A DNA stretch of 64,000 nucleotides from an uncultured Acidimicrobiaceae bacterium (GTDB taxonomy: Bacteria > Actinomycetota > Acidimicrobiia > Acidimicrobiales > RAAP-2). Both the position numbers and the translations under genes were made by a program. The notes beneath the pieces were generated by a model that worked only from the letters and a program-made list of their open reading frames with translations, was not told where the DNA came from and made no database searches. Positions 62,742 through 64,000 of this stretch are shown here, piece by piece (position 1 is the stretch's first letter; the number at the start of each line of letters is the position of its first letter). The stretch spans positions 216,028 to 280,027 of the forward strand of contig CAWHIB010000010.1 of the NCBI GenBank assembly GCA_963829265.1, written 5' to 3'.

Positions 62742-62940
62742 TCGGATGAGGTGCTTGACGCCTACATCTCAACAGTGCACCGAGTGGAGGACGGCAATGC
62801 CGTCTCCCGCCTCTAGCTTTCGAGGATCCACAGTCGCGGTGCCGTCGCTCAGAGCGGAACGGCAGCCACGGTAGTCGGGTATGGCAGATGTGCCGGTCGA
62901 CGGCGGTTAGCCCCTGGCAAGCGCGACCCAGTCGATACCG

Positions 62941-62966
62941 CCGCCGTCCCGGCGATCGGGGGCACC
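62941..62966 (+). repeat. island repeat copy (consensus-like)
   Basis: CCGCCGTCCCGGCGATCGGGGGCACC. Confidence 0.9.
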
Positions 62967-62982
62967 CTTTCCGGGCCTTCCG

Positions 62983-63459
62983 TTGGGCGTCCAGACGTGG
63001 TCTGATCTAGAGATGATCAGGGACTTGGCTGAATCGGAAGCAGGGTGGGCGGCCCCGCTGGCGGGGTTCGATGTCATCGAGGTCAACTTCAGCGGTGCGA
63101 TCTATGTCACCGCCTACGGGAAACGTGCTGAGGACGAGAAGCAAGCCCCGAGTACGACGATCACGCTGGGGGGAGCCTTCGGTCTCGTCGATCGATCTGG
63201 TGTCGATCACAGGCTGAGTGCGGAGGACCCGTGGGAAACGCTGACACCGCTCTTTTCTCTGCGGCACGACACAATCGAATCAGCGATTGCCGATCGAAAC
63301 GGGTGGCTGGTGGTGAAGTTCGACAGTGGTGCGACGCTGGAAGCTGGACCCGTCGGCGGGTATGAGAACTGGCAGATCTCGGGTCCGGGCGGAATCCTGA
63401 TCGTCGGCCTGCCGAGAGGCGGCGAACCGGCTGTTTGGCGTGCAGTGAAAGAAGACTGA
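62983..63459 (+). CDS. hypothetical protein (158 aa)
   Basis: Intact ORF with a TTG start at 62983, or ATG at 63013. It is bounded on both sides by island repeats. Confidence 0.5.
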   Translation: MGVQTWSDLEMIRDLAESEAGWAAPLAGFDVIEVNFSGAIYVTAYGKRAEDEKQAPSTTITLGGAFGLVDRSGVDHRLSAEDPWETLTPLFSLRHDTIESAIADRNGWLVVKFDSGATLEAGPVGGYENWQISGPGGILIVGLPRGGEPAVWRAVKED

Positions 63460-63469
63460 GCATCTGGCC

Positions 63470-63497
63470 GCACCCCGTCCCGGCGATCAAGGGCACC
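63470..63497 (+). repeat. island repeat copy
   Basis: GCACCCCGTCCCGGCGATCAAGGGCACC. Confidence 0.85.
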
Positions 63498-63544
63498 TAA
63501 TCGGCGAGGAGGTGGTACCCGATCGCTAGTGGCTCTTCGCCAGC

Positions 63545-63850
63545 TCAGGTACCGAGGTGATGGTGTGCCACCAACTCGATCCAAGTGATGCTTGACGGCG
63601 GACCGGCGATGCCTCCCTTGGCCAGCGCTTCCCCAAGGCGGCCCTCCATGAATCGGGCCTGGTGTTCAGGTGTATCCCAGACCTCGATCACGACGAGATG
63701 TCCGGCCTCGTTCAACCCGGCCGAATGTGCTACCAGTCCATCGGGCCAGTTCCCCTCACCGCTTTCGGGGTCAATGCCCAACTCCTTGTTGACGGCGTGA
63801 TACTCCGCCAACGTGACACCTTCGAATTCCAGGATCAGTTCAGCAGCCAT
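63545..63850 (-). CDS. hypothetical small protein, possibly ferredoxin-like (ABM/Dabb-type) fold
   Basis: Intact 101-aa ORF (MAAELILEFEGVTLAEYHAVNKELG...VIEVWDTPEHQARFMEGRL). The fold assignment is a guess. Confidence 0.45.
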   Translation of the reverse strand: MAAELILEFEGVTLAEYHAVNKELGIDPESGEGNWPDGLVAHSAGLNEAGHLVVIEVWDTPEHQARFMEGRLGEALAKGGIAGPPSSITWIELVAHHHLGT

Positions 63851-63975
63851 TGGCTTCCGCCTTCCATGCTCGTAGCCCCTCAGCTCACCCGCTTAGCCTG
63901 GCAGGTCCGCCACGGACCTGCCACCAGATTCGGGCCTCAGTCAGGCAATGTGTCCATCAGCCACGATCGACGGCC

Positions 63976-64000
63976 GATCCCGCTCCCGGTGATCGGAGGC
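63976..64000 (+). repeat. island repeat copy (cut by window end)
   Basis: GATCCCGCTCCCGGTGATCGGAGGC. Confidence 0.8.

Noticed and set aside
53674-64000. Calling the repeat-bounded modules a classical integron cassette array.
   Set aside because: No IntI-type integrase or attI is visible in the window. The repeats are only about 25-40 nt and lack the R''/L''-L'/R' (RYYYAAC...GTTRRRY) organisation. Cassette genes are in mixed orientation. I kept the observation as an unclassified repeat family instead.
53674-64000. A CRISPR array formed by the island repeats.
   Set aside because: Spacing is irregular, from about 150 to more than 1400 bp, and the intervening DNA contains ordinary genes. No cas genes are present.

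Overview
The window is high-G+C actinobacterial-type chromosome. That call rests on MMPL, mycothiol/DinB-like, F420-type LLM, MarR/MerR/ECF regulators and very GC-rich third codon positions. No taxon can be proven from sequence alone. It splits into two parts.

(1) Positions 1-52.6 kb are a densely packed core region, with many 4-nt ATGA/GTGA start-stop overlaps. It encodes:
- a tyrosine phosphatase and an MMPL transporter
- an aldehyde dehydrogenase and an esterase lipoprotein
- a sugar-isomerase/Gfo-Idh-MocA pair
- MarR plus a two-gene ABC exporter
- a DinB-like/TrpB2/amidase block
- a complete recC-recB-recD operon
- an MFS-MerR-dienelactone hydrolase operon
- a divergent FtsH-like protease
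- a PemK/MazF-like fusion protein
- lipid and redox enzymes, pdxH, a Cys-type sulfatase, SDRs and hydrolases

Many of these genes carry single-base frameshifts as sequenced. The frameshifts are strongly clustered, mainly at 42.7-51.3 kb and 2.2-3.2 kb, while the 7 kb of recB/recC is intact.

(2) At about 52.64 kb, exactly at the stop of a serine-hydrolase gene, the sequence changes character. It looks lower in G+C by eye, and it carries a truncated IS110-family transposase and a decayed IS1380-family transposase. It also has a string of small unrelated genes: VOC x2, a P-loop kinase, an ECF sigma with a membrane partner, a methyltransferase, a Rieske protein, a six-repeat secreted propeller-like protein and several orphans.

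The most notable observation is an island-specific family of at least 12 same-orientation intergenic repeats of about 25-40 nt. The consensus is roughly GCCCCGCTCCC-GGYGATC-GGGGGCAC, with a preserved hairpin and compensatory changes. These repeats cut the island into one- or two-gene modules. The arrangement resembles REP or attC cassette boundaries, but no integrase or canonical attC signature is visible.

I saw no rRNA, tRNA or CRISPR array.
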